Source of the DNA: Syntrophorhabdaceae bacterium
GTDB taxonomy: Bacteria > Desulfobacterota > Syntrophorhabdia > Syntrophorhabdales > Syntrophorhabdaceae
Direction of reading: 5' to 3'
Length of the DNA: 64,000 nucleotides
Assembly (NCBI GenBank): GCA_963665295.1
Contig: OY762209.1
Location: 3,712,001 to 3,776,000 of the forward strand
Position numbers and translations under genes: made by a program. Shown piece after piece: positions 18,604-28,106 of the stretch. The notes below the pieces were generated by a model. That model made no database searches. It was not told the DNA's origin and saw only the letters and a program-made list of their open reading frames with translations. Within the stretch, counting starts at the first letter, position 1, and the number at the start of each line of letters is the position of its first letter.

Positions 18604-20089
18604 GACGGGCAGCATACTATCAGCTCCGAGCGCTATTGTGAATCGATACAAGGACTTTTGCGTCCGTTACCGCCACCAATGTCTGCGATACGCAATTGAA
18701 GTTGTCCGGATAGAACCGACGTGGCAACAAGTTGATCTATTCAGGGCAGTGGAAGTCCCGGGTTGCCGCGTAGCTTGCAGGAGCGGCCATGGAACTGGCA
18801 AATCGTTCGGCTATGCCATAATCTGCGATTGGCTCTTGAGGACATACCCAATGAGCAACACGCTTCTGACGGCGACAAACTTGGAGCAACTGCGCTCAGT
18901 AGTCTGGAAAGAACTCGATACGGTGATCGGCAAAGTCAACGATGCTTACCCATGGATGAGCCCCTATTTTGTCAAAGAGACGAGGCGCTATTATGCTTTG
19001 AACCACAAGGACTCCTGGTACGTAATGCCGAAAACGGCGTCCAAGCACAAGCCGGAAGGTGTAGCCGGTCAGCACCGGCAATGGTACACGGTTCTTGTTG
19101 ATGAGGCATCAGGGGTCGATGACGAGATTCATGGGGTCCTGCGCGGCGCCCTCACCATGAAAGAGAACCGGTATGTCATGGTGAGCCAGCAGACGAGGAA
19201 TGTTGGGCATTTCGCCGATGCCTTCACTCTCCTGAAGGAAATATATACCTGTCTTGAGTTCAACGCCGAGGAATCGCCGCTTGTCTCCCACGAGTGGATC
19301 AGGGAAAAACTGATCGAGTACGGCGGTCACCACAGTCCCGAATACCAAATCAAAGTGCTCGGCAGGGCGCCGGATAATCTGAGCGGCTATCTTATCCCCC
19401 GTTCATGGCTGGAAGAATCGAGGATGCTGGTCATTACCCATCAGAAGCCATGGGGATGGGTGCTCACGGCAGACGTGGCCGAAGGGGTGCACCGTGATTC
19501 CTCCGTATGGACCTTGGGAAAAGTTTCCGGATACGACAGCGAACGGCGGGTTGAGGTAGTAGATTCCATGGCGTATGACGACCTCAACGAGAAACGGTTT
19601 GCCTGGAGAATCCATGAGCGGGTGGTGGGCCTTCCGAACGTGACTATTGCCGTTGATGCGGATGGCACGGGACGGGCGGCTATATTGGACTTGGAAGAAC
19701 TCGGCCATACCGTGGAGCATATTCACTGGGGGATGCAGCCTCATAGCGCGGCAGACCGGCGACGCTACAAGAACCTGCGGGCCTACTCTCACGTGAAGGC
19801 GAGAGAGGCGATATTTGATAAGCGCATGAAGATCGACACGCACAAGAAGACGGTGGAACAGGGGGCGCTGCTGCCTTACAAAATCGACGAGGGCGGCAGA
19901 TATGCGATGACCCCGAAGGAGCAGATGAAGGCTGCCGGCATCAAGTCGCCTGACCGCTTTGATACGCACTGTTTCTTTTTCCTCGTGGATTATATACCTG
20001 CCGATGAAGAAACATTCGGACCGGAACAGGAAAAGAATGACCTGCTCGACATGGCCCGAAAGATAATTGCCGGGGGAGAGGCAGCATGA
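18596..20089 (+). CDS. pacB: Terminase large subunit, P1 PacB-like
   Basis: SGHGTGKS Walker A, VLVDEASGV Walker B, SPEYQIKVLG, ADVAEG, IKSPDRFD. Confidence 0.9.
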   Translation: MSKTGSILSAPSAIVNRYKDFCVRYRHQCLRYAIEVVRIEPTWQQVDLFRAVEVPGCRVACRSGHGTGKSFGYAIICDWLLRTYPMSNTLLTATNLEQLRSVVWKELDTVIGKVNDAYPWMSPYFVKETRRYYALNHKDSWYVMPKTASKHKPEGVAGQHRQWYTVLVDEASGVDDEIHGVLRGALTMKENRYVMVSQQTRNVGHFADAFTLLKEIYTCLEFNAEESPLVSHEWIREKLIEYGGHHSPEYQIKVLGRAPDNLSGYLIPRSWLEESRMLVITHQKPWGWVLTADVAEGVHRDSSVWTLGKVSGYDSERRVEVVDSMAYDDLNEKRFAWRIHERVVGLPNVTIAVDADGTGRAAILDLEELGHTVEHIHWGMQPHSAADRRRYKNLRAYSHVKAREAIFDKRMKIDTHKKTVEQGALLPYKIDEGGRYAMTPKEQMKAAGIKSPDRFDTHCFFFLVDYIPADEETFGPEQEKNDLLDMARKIIAGGEAA

Positions 20090-20313
20090 AGATAGATCGA
20101 ATAATGGAACAGATTCTGGGGGAAGAGGAGGGCCTGACAATGTGGAAAGTGGTCATGACGTTGACGCACGAGGTGATAGGGTTGACGGCGATTGCACTGT
20201 GGATGATCGGGATAGCCGCAGCCAAAGGATGGTTGTGGGTCGCTCTGTCGAGCCTGCTTCCGCCTGTGGCGTGGGTATTTGCCGCAAAGTATTTTCTCGG
20301 GGTGCAGGGATGA
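20086..20313 (+). CDS. Small two-TM membrane protein
   Basis: Two hydrophobic segments; coupled to both neighbours. Confidence 0.55.
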   Translation: MKIDRIMEQILGEEEGLTMWKVVMTLTHEVIGLTAIALWMIGIAAAKGWLWVALSSLLPPVAWVFAAKYFLGVQG

Positions 20314-20948
20314 GCGATGAGGTTCTGAAGATATTGACCGTTTCTCTGGTGGGCAACCAGCGGAGCAAAGCATACGCCATATTCAACGGGGAACAACTCG
20401 TCATAACGGGCGTCCACCCGATCTCTGGGGTGTTCAGTTCGTGGCGTAAGCCGTTGATTGATGAGATTATCGACAAGAAGGGCAAGGGTTATGTGGTGCT
20501 CATCGAGGAAAAGACAGAGATTATTGCCCAGCATGGGACGCAGTACCTCCTGGAGGATGTCGAAGGCAGGAGCAACCTGTATGACGCACTTGATTGGTAT
20601 TTTGCCTTGCAGGACATGGGAAACGTGATAGCGGACGATGACGCCAAGCGGTTCCTGATCCGGACAGGCAGCGAGGGTCAGAAGATCGAGAAGAAACAGG
20701 ATGAGAAAGGGCGGCCTTACTACGATATCGATTGGGCCTCATTTCACGGCGGGCATAGGGCCATTCTTCTCTGTGTGGTGGCCGCTATGACGGAACCATT
20801 GAGTGATCGATACATTGAAGCAATGTTTGGGGAGCCAATTCAGGATCCCGAGGACAATAATCCGGTAAGGAGATGGAAGAAGGCGTTTGCCTCCCGGGAC
20901 TTGGAGAGAGGAAAGGCACTGGAAGACAAGAGGGAAAGAAGAGGATGA
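20310..20948 (+). CDS. P1-like conserved protein (resembles Lxr from memory)
   Basis: Coupled ORF; YDIDW...HRAILLC C-terminal pattern. Confidence 0.45.
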   Translation: MSDEVLKILTVSLVGNQRSKAYAIFNGEQLVITGVHPISGVFSSWRKPLIDEIIDKKGKGYVVLIEEKTEIIAQHGTQYLLEDVEGRSNLYDALDWYFALQDMGNVIADDDAKRFLIRTGSEGQKIEKKQDEKGRPYYDIDWASFHGGHRAILLCVVAAMTEPLSDRYIEAMFGEPIQDPEDNNPVRRWKKAFASRDLERGKALEDKRERRG

Positions 20949-21292
20949 CTGCACGCGAAATCAGAAGCTTTCTGGCCGAGTATCGCTTTGATACCTCATG
21001 CGAGGCAACACTACAAGCGCAAATTGAAAGGGCTTTCCGGGAAAGAGGCGTCGAATACAAAAGGGAAGTTCGTTTGTCTTCACATGATCGCATCGACTTT
21101 CTTTTGGAGGGGATCGGAATAGAAGTGAAAATCAAGGGATCGGCAAAGGCGATCTTCCGGCAGTGTCAACGGTATTGCGCCTACGATGAGATACAAGCAC
21201 TCATCCTGGTAACCGGACGGTCCATGGGCCTCCCGGAAAGTATTCAGGGGAAGCCATGTTACTATCACAATCTGGGGCGAAGCTGGCTATGA
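20945..21292 (+). CDS. Small PD-(D/E)xK-type nuclease
   Basis: EATLQ...REV...RIDF...IEVK. Confidence 0.65.
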   Translation: MTAREIRSFLAEYRFDTSCEATLQAQIERAFRERGVEYKREVRLSSHDRIDFLLEGIGIEVKIKGSAKAIFRQCQRYCAYDEIQALILVTGRSMGLPESIQGKPCYYHNLGRSWL

Positions 21293-23124
21293 GAACTTAC
21301 GGAAGTATCTTTCTGCAAGGTAAACGTTGGGTGGACGATTCAAAGCAATGGGTCCTGGACGGCCTTGAACCTCACGTATCGATAAAGCTGAAGAACATCT
21401 TTCCGAAAATCCCCAAGACATCAGTGGGGCCGTTTCTCTTCGACAACACCCCAGAGAATTGTGCTGACCTGGAATGGTTCATGTCGCGCTATCCTCTGGC
21501 TATTTCAGAGGAACACCTTCAGGAATTGCAGGCGAGAAGGACCCTCTTCCTGGAAAACCAAGCTGAAATGGAACGGATTATGAGGCCTGACTTTGTGCCC
21601 GGCAATTATAGTCTGAAGGACGGCCAGGCAATCAGGCCATATCAGGCGCAGGCAATTGGGATCTTCCATAGGTCGAGGGCCCTGCTGATCGGTGATGATG
21701 TCGGACTCGGCAAAACCTATATCGGAATTGGGGCTTGTCTCAAAACGGAGCACCTTCCCGCTATCGTCGCGGTTCAGACTCACTTGCATCGTCAATGGAA
21801 AGAGAAGATAGAGTCGTTTTCAAACCTGAAAGTACATATGATATCGGGCACGCGGCCTTATAACCTTCCGGCGGCCGACATTTACCTCATAAAGTATTCG
21901 TGCGTCGCAGGGTGGGTTGATATTTTCAGACAAGGCTATTTCAAGACCGCCATTTTCGATGAAGTACAGGAACTCCGCCGCGGCACCCTCTCTGACAAAG
22001 GAGCGGCAGCCAAGGTTCTCGCCGCGGGGGTCGATTACCGCCTCGGTTTAAGCGCCACCCCCATCTACAACTATGCGGATGAGATATGGAACGTCATGGA
22101 CATCCTGAACGAGCACTCTCTCGGCACCCGTGACGAATTCTTGCGAGAGTGGGGCGCCGACCACTACGGAACGAACAAGATCATCATCAAGGATCCCAAG
22201 GCCCTGGGTTCCTATCTGCGAGAGAAATACCTCTTTCTCCGTCGGACAAAGGCCGATGTCGGGCAACACCTGAAGCCGGTTAATACGGTTGTCGAAACGG
22301 TGGGGTTCGATGCTCAGTCGGTAAAATCCGCCGAAGAGTTGGCTGCAAAGCTCGCCTTAAAGGCATCACAGGGTAGTTTTATCGAACGGGGTCAAGCTGC
22401 CAGGGAACTCGATTTGATGGTCAGGTATATGACGGGCGTCTCAAAAGCGAAATATGTTGCTGAATTCGTCCGTATCCTGCTGGAGAGCGGAGAGCCCGTG
22501 GTTCTTGCCGGCTGGCACCGAGATGTTTATGATATCTGGCTTAAAGAACTTGCCGAGTTCAAGCCGGTCATGTATACGGGATCGGAGAGCGAAGCGCAGA
22601 AAGAGAAGGCAAAGCAGGCTTTTGTCAATGGCGAGACGGACCTGTTCATCATCTCATTGAGGTCTGGAATAGGCTTGGATGGGCTTCAGTTCCGGTGTTC
22701 TACGGTCGTGTTCGGCGAATTGGACTGGTCTCCCCAAGTTCATTACCAAGTCACCGGCCGTTTGGACCGGGAGGGGCAGGAAGAGCCCGTCATGGCCATA
22801 TACCTTTGCAGCGATAGCGGGTCCGATCCCCTCATGATTGACCTCTTGGGCCTTAAATCGTCTCAGGCGAGAGCCATAATTGATCCGAGCCTTGGGGTCC
22901 AAGCCGTCTATAGCGACCAATCAAGAATGCAGATGCTTGTGCAGAAATACCTGAGAAATAGGAAAGTAATTACGGGGGACAAGGGAGAGGTGCCAAATAT
23001 GGATTGGGAAGAATCAACGCCATTGAGGGTCGGGGATCAAGTAATGCTGAATGGGGAAAAAGGTTTCATCACGGGAGAAGCAACGAGCCGTGAGACTTTA
23101 CAGGAAGGGGGGCGACCATCATGA
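21289..23124 (+). CDS. SNF2-like SF2 helicase
   Basis: GDDVGLGKT, FDEVQ, LSATP, QVTGRLDREGQ. Confidence 0.9.
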   Translation: MRTYGSIFLQGKRWVDDSKQWVLDGLEPHVSIKLKNIFPKIPKTSVGPFLFDNTPENCADLEWFMSRYPLAISEEHLQELQARRTLFLENQAEMERIMRPDFVPGNYSLKDGQAIRPYQAQAIGIFHRSRALLIGDDVGLGKTYIGIGACLKTEHLPAIVAVQTHLHRQWKEKIESFSNLKVHMISGTRPYNLPAADIYLIKYSCVAGWVDIFRQGYFKTAIFDEVQELRRGTLSDKGAAAKVLAAGVDYRLGLSATPIYNYADEIWNVMDILNEHSLGTRDEFLREWGADHYGTNKIIIKDPKALGSYLREKYLFLRRTKADVGQHLKPVNTVVETVGFDAQSVKSAEELAAKLALKASQGSFIERGQAARELDLMVRYMTGVSKAKYVAEFVRILLESGEPVVLAGWHRDVYDIWLKELAEFKPVMYTGSESEAQKEKAKQAFVNGETDLFIISLRSGIGLDGLQFRCSTVVFGELDWSPQVHYQVTGRLDREGQEEPVMAIYLCSDSGSDPLMIDLLGLKSSQARAIIDPSLGVQAVYSDQSRMQMLVQKYLRNRKVITGDKGEVPNMDWEESTPLRVGDQVMLNGEKGFITGEATSRETLQEGGRPS

Positions 23125-23435
23125 CAACGCTGTCTCGGCTTTCGCCTTATAACGTCACTGATGATCTCTTGCGGTCCGATCTGTATCGCGAGATCAAGAA
23201 AGGAAACAATGAGTGGCCGGAATACGAAATACAGCCCGACGAGGTTTTGATGCCGGAACTGGTTGCCTATCGTTTCTATGGTACTGATCTCCTGAAGTGG
23301 GTAGTTCTGATAGTGGCAGGCTTGGATGACATGCGGGAGGTCCTGGAGGCTGGAACAACGATCAAGCTCCCCCCGACTGTCTGGATACGAGAACGGATCA
23401 AGCATTACGCAGGCGACTATGATAACGAGGAATAA
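23121..23435 (+). CDS. Baseplate LysM-like protein (P1 gp26 position)
   Basis: YEIQPDEVLMPELVAYRFYG...GTTIKLP; synteny. Confidence 0.75.
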   Translation: MTTLSRLSPYNVTDDLLRSDLYREIKKGNNEWPEYEIQPDEVLMPELVAYRFYGTDLLKWVVLIVAGLDDMREVLEAGTTIKLPPTVWIRERIKHYAGDYDNEE

Positions 23436-23440
23436 TTATA

Positions 23441-24649
23441 ATGGCACTTTGGGGGCTTTTCGGCGATAAGAAAAAGGATGAGTTTAGACAATTCGAGAAG
23501 ACGTTCAAGCAGATATGGGCCAAGACGAGCACCCGACGTCAGGCCGACAAACGGGATGCCTTTCTCACACCCGATCTGTTGCGCCGGCGCCGGGAGGTTA
23601 CAAAAAGCGGGAAGCAAAAGCTGGTCTTGGACTTCGGTTCCCAGGGCGGCAGAGTTTCTTATACGCTGGCCGATCTTAACAAAATGGCAAAGGCCATGGA
23701 GAAGGCCGAAGGGAAATTCAGCGAATCGACAAGGGGCGTTACTGTGGCGGAACTGATCCGGTCTTCCCGGAAGATCGACATTGAGAGAGCCAAGAAGATT
23801 ACGAACTCGACCCTGTACAAGTTCGACGGATCTATCCTGTTATTTAGGTCCAGGGCCGGGGACGACAGCAAGGTTAATTTCCACCAGGTTAAGGTACGTC
23901 TCGAGGACTGGGAACATGAGGTAAGGGGTGGGCTGGGCAACACCTACCTGCCCGCAGCGGCAAGCGCGGCCAGGGGCCGGGTGTCCTTCGACTGCGATTG
24001 TGGCAGACACCAGTACTGGTATCGATATTTGGCCACTATTGGTGGGTTTGCGCTTGACCCCAAAGAGTTTGCTTTCCCGAAGATCCGGAACCCGAAGTTG
24101 CAGGGCTGTGCCTGCAAGCACGTCATAAAGACGCTCGCTGTCCTACAGACTCCTTTTGTACAGAGCAGAATTGCCCTGGAAATGAAAGACCAAGCTCAGA
24201 AAAAGGGGTGGTTCAGTCGGCTGCTGCATGGAGAGAGGCCCACAGAGACATTCATGGAAGGGGAGGATTTGCAGGCGTCGGAACTTAGTGGAAACGTTGG
24301 TATCGAGAAGTCTTTCAAGAACATGAAGAAAGCCAGGGCGGGGTACGCTCAAAAAATAAAGAACTGGGTCAAGGCGAAGACAAAAAAGAAAGCGGAGAAG
24401 ACGATGGAAAAGAGTATGGACACCGTCCTCGGTAAGGGAACGGTCTCGGAAACTGTGGCCAAGCAGGAGATCAAAAAGCGGCGACAGGCGGAAGATGATG
24501 CGCTAAAACATAAGCTTGATGCCTATATTCTCAGGGCGATTTATGAAAAGAAGATGTCAAAGGCTGAGGCTGTCAGGTCTTTCGCGGATGAAAACAAAAT
24601 GACCGTGAAAGAGGTCGAGAAATTGGGAAAGGAGGCAAATATCCTATGA
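23441..24649 (+). CDS. P1 gp25-like protein with SWIM-like Zn motif
   Basis: FDCDCGRHQYWYRY...PKIRNP...CKH. Confidence 0.7.
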   Translation: MALWGLFGDKKKDEFRQFEKTFKQIWAKTSTRRQADKRDAFLTPDLLRRRREVTKSGKQKLVLDFGSQGGRVSYTLADLNKMAKAMEKAEGKFSESTRGVTVAELIRSSRKIDIERAKKITNSTLYKFDGSILLFRSRAGDDSKVNFHQVKVRLEDWEHEVRGGLGNTYLPAAASAARGRVSFDCDCGRHQYWYRYLATIGGFALDPKEFAFPKIRNPKLQGCACKHVIKTLAVLQTPFVQSRIALEMKDQAQKKGWFSRLLHGERPTETFMEGEDLQASELSGNVGIEKSFKNMKKARAGYAQKIKNWVKAKTKKKAEKTMEKSMDTVLGKGTVSETVAKQEIKKRRQAEDDALKHKLDAYILRAIYEKKMSKAEAVRSFADENKMTVKEVEKLGKEANIL

Positions 24650-25467
24650 AAGAACGCGATTATAGAGACTTCAATAAGGCGATGTCGGAAGATTTCATGG
24701 TTTTTGTCCGGAATCATCCGGACGCCTTTGACGTGCTCCTCTTCAAGCCGGACCCCGATTCTCTCGAAACAGTAGCCGTCGACCAAGACGTGGTCGGGGC
24801 CCTGGAGACCGAAGAGAGGGCGCTCGAATACCTTGATCCCGTCATGACAAAGGCTGTCCTTATTCCGGACGAGTTTCCTTTTGGCGCGGTCGATGCGGGA
24901 GGGGAGCCGGACGGAAATATGGATCGGCCGTCAGTTCTCTTGATCGCGGATCCTGATATTCCAAAACAGACCGTGGTGCAATACCGGGAGTTTATCAACG
25001 ATACCGACGTAAGAGTAGTGTCGCTATATATCATGCGTAGCGAGATCATAGGGGAAGCCCCTGGTGTGTGTGAAAAGCATTACTGCGTGCCGTTCCAGGT
25101 ATTCGATTACGAGTTCATTGAACCTCCATTGAATGAATTTCCTGAAGACGAAGCCGAGGACACCGGTGAGACACCGATCTTATCGGCGAGCGAGTTTATT
25201 CTGCACTGCAATGAAGACGACACTCACGAGAAGAGTCAATGGCGGATTAGGGCATCTGCAGGGACCTATGACGATCCAGTGTACGACAGCGGCACCTGTT
25301 CCGATTTGAGAAGCCACAGTGTTCCGGCCGGGCATCTGGAGACAGGCGGTGTCTATTTCTGGCATGTTCGGTATCGAGGCGCCGCAGGTGATGAGGAAGG
25401 CGAAGAGGAGATATGGTCCGACTGGTCTGAAGAGACGCAGTTTACCACGATGGGGGTATTCGAATGA
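24646..25467 (+). CDS. P1 gp7-like neck protein with added C-terminal Fn3-like domain
   Basis: Synteny; HPDAFDVLLFKP; C-terminal YFWHVRY...WSDWS. Confidence 0.6.
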   Translation: MKERDYRDFNKAMSEDFMVFVRNHPDAFDVLLFKPDPDSLETVAVDQDVVGALETEERALEYLDPVMTKAVLIPDEFPFGAVDAGGEPDGNMDRPSVLLIADPDIPKQTVVQYREFINDTDVRVVSLYIMRSEIIGEAPGVCEKHYCVPFQVFDYEFIEPPLNEFPEDEAEDTGETPILSASEFILHCNEDDTHEKSQWRIRASAGTYDDPVYDSGTCSDLRSHSVPAGHLETGGVYFWHVRYRGAAGDEEGEEEIWSDWSEETQFTTMGVFE

Positions 25468-26201
25468 GCAACGAATTTTCAGAACTTCAGGCGGTTGATT
25501 TCGGTCTCGGCGCATTCATCGCGGCTGCATTTTCCGATCTCAACCCGGACAGAGGACCAAAGGGCTACCGGGAATTCCTTTCAAGGCCGGCAAATAGGCA
25601 AATATACCGACACGACGCCGATACACCGAAGGATTTCGTGCAAGCCTTTCTTGCTGCGCAGGCGGCGGCAAAGACCGCTGCTGGGGCAAAAATAAACCTC
25701 ATAGAGATGCCGCTCGTATACTATTTCCGCAAGCCAGGGCTCACTAACGGAACCGACAGGGAAGCGACACGACGCGGGCGCTACGTGTGGTCGGAAGGGG
25801 AGGAGGAACTCCTCAACGCCTATCAGTTCATGGTGCTGCCCCTCGTGCTCGACTACCGAATGTTTTTCCTCGCCTGGGACAAGCCTACCCTCGATAAGCT
25901 ACAATTGGCCTGGTACGCTTACGCATCACGGCATGACAAGTTCACGTGCCGGTATCGCCTCGGTTCCGAGGATATATTTGAAATTTCAGCTTTCATGCAG
26001 GATCATAAGTCGCTTCTGTGCTCGGATGAAAGCGTACCTCCCGGTCAGGACACGCGTCGGGTCTACGCCGTATCCGCGGGGATGCAAATCGCGACGGATG
26101 TGATTGTGGGGGCGGGAGCGGAACCGCCAGAGGCGGTTACGATCACTGGCATCCTGTGGCACTATTTGGACCACGCAACGGGGAGCGAGCGGGATGGCTG
26201 A
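25464..26201 (+). CDS. P1 gp24-like tail terminator
   Basis: Synteny and size. Confidence 0.55.
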   Translation: MSNEFSELQAVDFGLGAFIAAAFSDLNPDRGPKGYREFLSRPANRQIYRHDADTPKDFVQAFLAAQAAAKTAAGAKINLIEMPLVYYFRKPGLTNGTDREATRRGRYVWSEGEEELLNAYQFMVLPLVLDYRMFFLAWDKPTLDKLQLAWYAYASRHDKFTCRYRLGSEDIFEISAFMQDHKSLLCSDESVPPGQDTRRVYAVSAGMQIATDVIVGAGAEPPEAVTITGILWHYLDHATGSERDG

Positions 26202-27198
26202 GACGACCAAGCAGGAAGACTATTTTCTCCAAGCCGTGAAGTTAATCAGGAACGGCGTAGAGGCTGGGACATTCGATCTGTCGTTTCTCAAGGAAGTCAC
26301 TTTTGTCGAGACTATTGACCTTTCGGGCCCGCGCCTCATGATGACCTTTGATGATACAAACTCAATTATCCGGGATGACATGAAGGTCAAGGAACGAGAC
26401 GTGCTACAGATTCGAATCGCCGATGTGTGGGAGCGGGACGGCATTGACCAGACTGTACAATTTGTAATCTGGACGATGCCGAATAGGGCCAATATGGTCA
26501 CGCTGAACTGTATGCAACGCAATGTCGATCTTCTGAAGCAGCCTGCGAAAGACAGCATACTATTTCCGAAAGCGTCGATAGAAACAATACTGAAGCGGCT
26601 GGCCCCGGGCCTTAAATACAACGTCGGCAGCTTCCCGGCGCTTGAGGCTTACCACCTTCTTCCCGGTGAAAGGCCCACGCGACTGCTGCGGCAGATAGCC
26701 AAGGAAAGAGGGGGGCTCTGCTTCTACCGGCGCGGATCGATTGTCTTCCAGAAGCTGGGCGAACTCTTGAAGAAGGAAGCGAAGCATACCTATGAGCATG
26801 ATAACCGTAGGGCCAAGAATCAGATCGTATATTTCACCAGGGATAATGCCAAGGCTTTGATCAAGGACCGCGTGGAGCGCAATGTCATCGGATGGGATAT
26901 GGTTAAAGGGATCATGAAGTCAGGGAAAAAGACGACCAAGCCACCCGAGTTCGTGTCCGTCTGTAATATGCCGACCATGAACAACCTCACCGAGATTCCG
27001 TATCCTGCCATCGACTTCATTGCGCTGGGCAATGGCGCGTTTGTTCCCGGGATGCCGATTTCCCTGAAATGGAATGCAGCCAGGGTCGACGCGCCCATTG
27101 ATGAGAGTCTTCCGGCAAAGGTGGTTATCGGGACGGTGGCTCATTACTATAGTTCACAGAAGTATTTCGTCCGCGTGAAAGGAGTGTTGCCGAAATGA
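26194..27198 (+). CDS. Baseplate hub protein (P1 gp6 position)
   Basis: FVETIDLSGPRL; YHLLPGERPTRLLRQIAKE; precedes the spike. Confidence 0.7.
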   Translation: MAETTKQEDYFLQAVKLIRNGVEAGTFDLSFLKEVTFVETIDLSGPRLMMTFDDTNSIIRDDMKVKERDVLQIRIADVWERDGIDQTVQFVIWTMPNRANMVTLNCMQRNVDLLKQPAKDSILFPKASIETILKRLAPGLKYNVGSFPALEAYHLLPGERPTRLLRQIAKERGGLCFYRRGSIVFQKLGELLKKEAKHTYEHDNRRAKNQIVYFTRDNAKALIKDRVERNVIGWDMVKGIMKSGKKTTKPPEFVSVCNMPTMNNLTEIPYPAIDFIALGNGAFVPGMPISLKWNAARVDAPIDESLPAKVVIGTVAHYYSSQKYFVRVKGVLPK

Positions 27199-27878
27199 AC
27201 AGCGAACCGAATCCGACATCGACAAATCAGGGGAAATACTTTGGGGAATATATCGGGCGTGTCGAGAACGTCAACGATCCTGAAGGTTTGCTGCGCGTTC
27301 AGGTCCGCGACATGGTCCACCATACCGAGCAGGTTCCGACAAAAGCTCTTCCGTGGGCAGAGTACAAGTTACCCGTGGGCGCTCGTGTCAATGACGGATT
27401 CTTCACTCCGGTTGATGTAGGGGACTGGGTTTGGCTGGATTATCCTTACGAGGGAAATTCACGGAGGCCGCGTATTACGGGATCGGTCCATATGGCTCCG
27501 GGGAAAGTCCCGAATTTTCCCCATGAGGTATTTTCGGGAGCCAACAAGCTTGTCCATAAGGTAACCGGCGATGAACCTATACCAGCACCGGCGGCGTACC
27601 ACAAGAACTGTGTCTATTCTCAGCATGGCGTTACCATTGAGATCAACGAGGACACCTCTCTTTCCGTGACTCAAAGAGCTACCGGTACGGCGATACGCAT
27701 TTCGCCGCAAGGGGACATTACGCTTCATAGCGAGAAGAGAATCTTCGCATCAGCCAAGGAGTCCGCGGAATTAACCGGCAATTTCCATATAATTGGGAAC
27801 ATCGACGTGACTGGAAACATCAGTGCAACCGGCAATATAATCGACGGCGGGTCGAACACAAACCACCACAGTCATTAA
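27195..27878 (+). CDS. Baseplate spike (gp5/gpV-like)
   Basis: OB-fold DPEGLLRVQV...PVDVGDWVW; beta-helix repeats; terminal HxH (NHHSH). Confidence 0.85.
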   Translation: MNSEPNPTSTNQGKYFGEYIGRVENVNDPEGLLRVQVRDMVHHTEQVPTKALPWAEYKLPVGARVNDGFFTPVDVGDWVWLDYPYEGNSRRPRITGSVHMAPGKVPNFPHEVFSGANKLVHKVTGDEPIPAPAAYHKNCVYSQHGVTIEINEDTSLSVTQRATGTAIRISPQGDITLHSEKRIFASAKESAELTGNFHIIGNIDVTGNISATGNIIDGGSNTNHHSH

Positions 27879-27930
27879 TAAGCTACCCTCTGTCCGAACT
27901 GGGGGATATCCGGTTCGGACTTGTCAACTT

Positions 27931-27982
27931 CGCAATCCTTCGTTTTTCTATCACAATCCTTCGTTTTTCCCCTATTTTCATT
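27931..27982 (+). promoter_or_regulatory. Putative late regulatory element, copy 1 (two CAATCCTTCGTTTTT, 21 bp apart)
   Basis: 51/52 identical to 62420-62471; upstream of the capsid gene. Confidence 0.7.
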
Positions 27983-28106
27983 CAAGCCGATTCCTATTAG
28001 CCTTTCTGTAACGGCCACTTAAGGCGGCACTCCCCCGCGCCGCTGTGAGAAGAAAGAGCAATAGACGTAAACAAAACAGACCTACGAAACGGAGGTAAAG
28101 GATACG

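Noticed and set aside
20086..20313. Holin call for the small membrane protein
   Set aside because: No adjacent endolysin; hydrophobicity alone is insufficient
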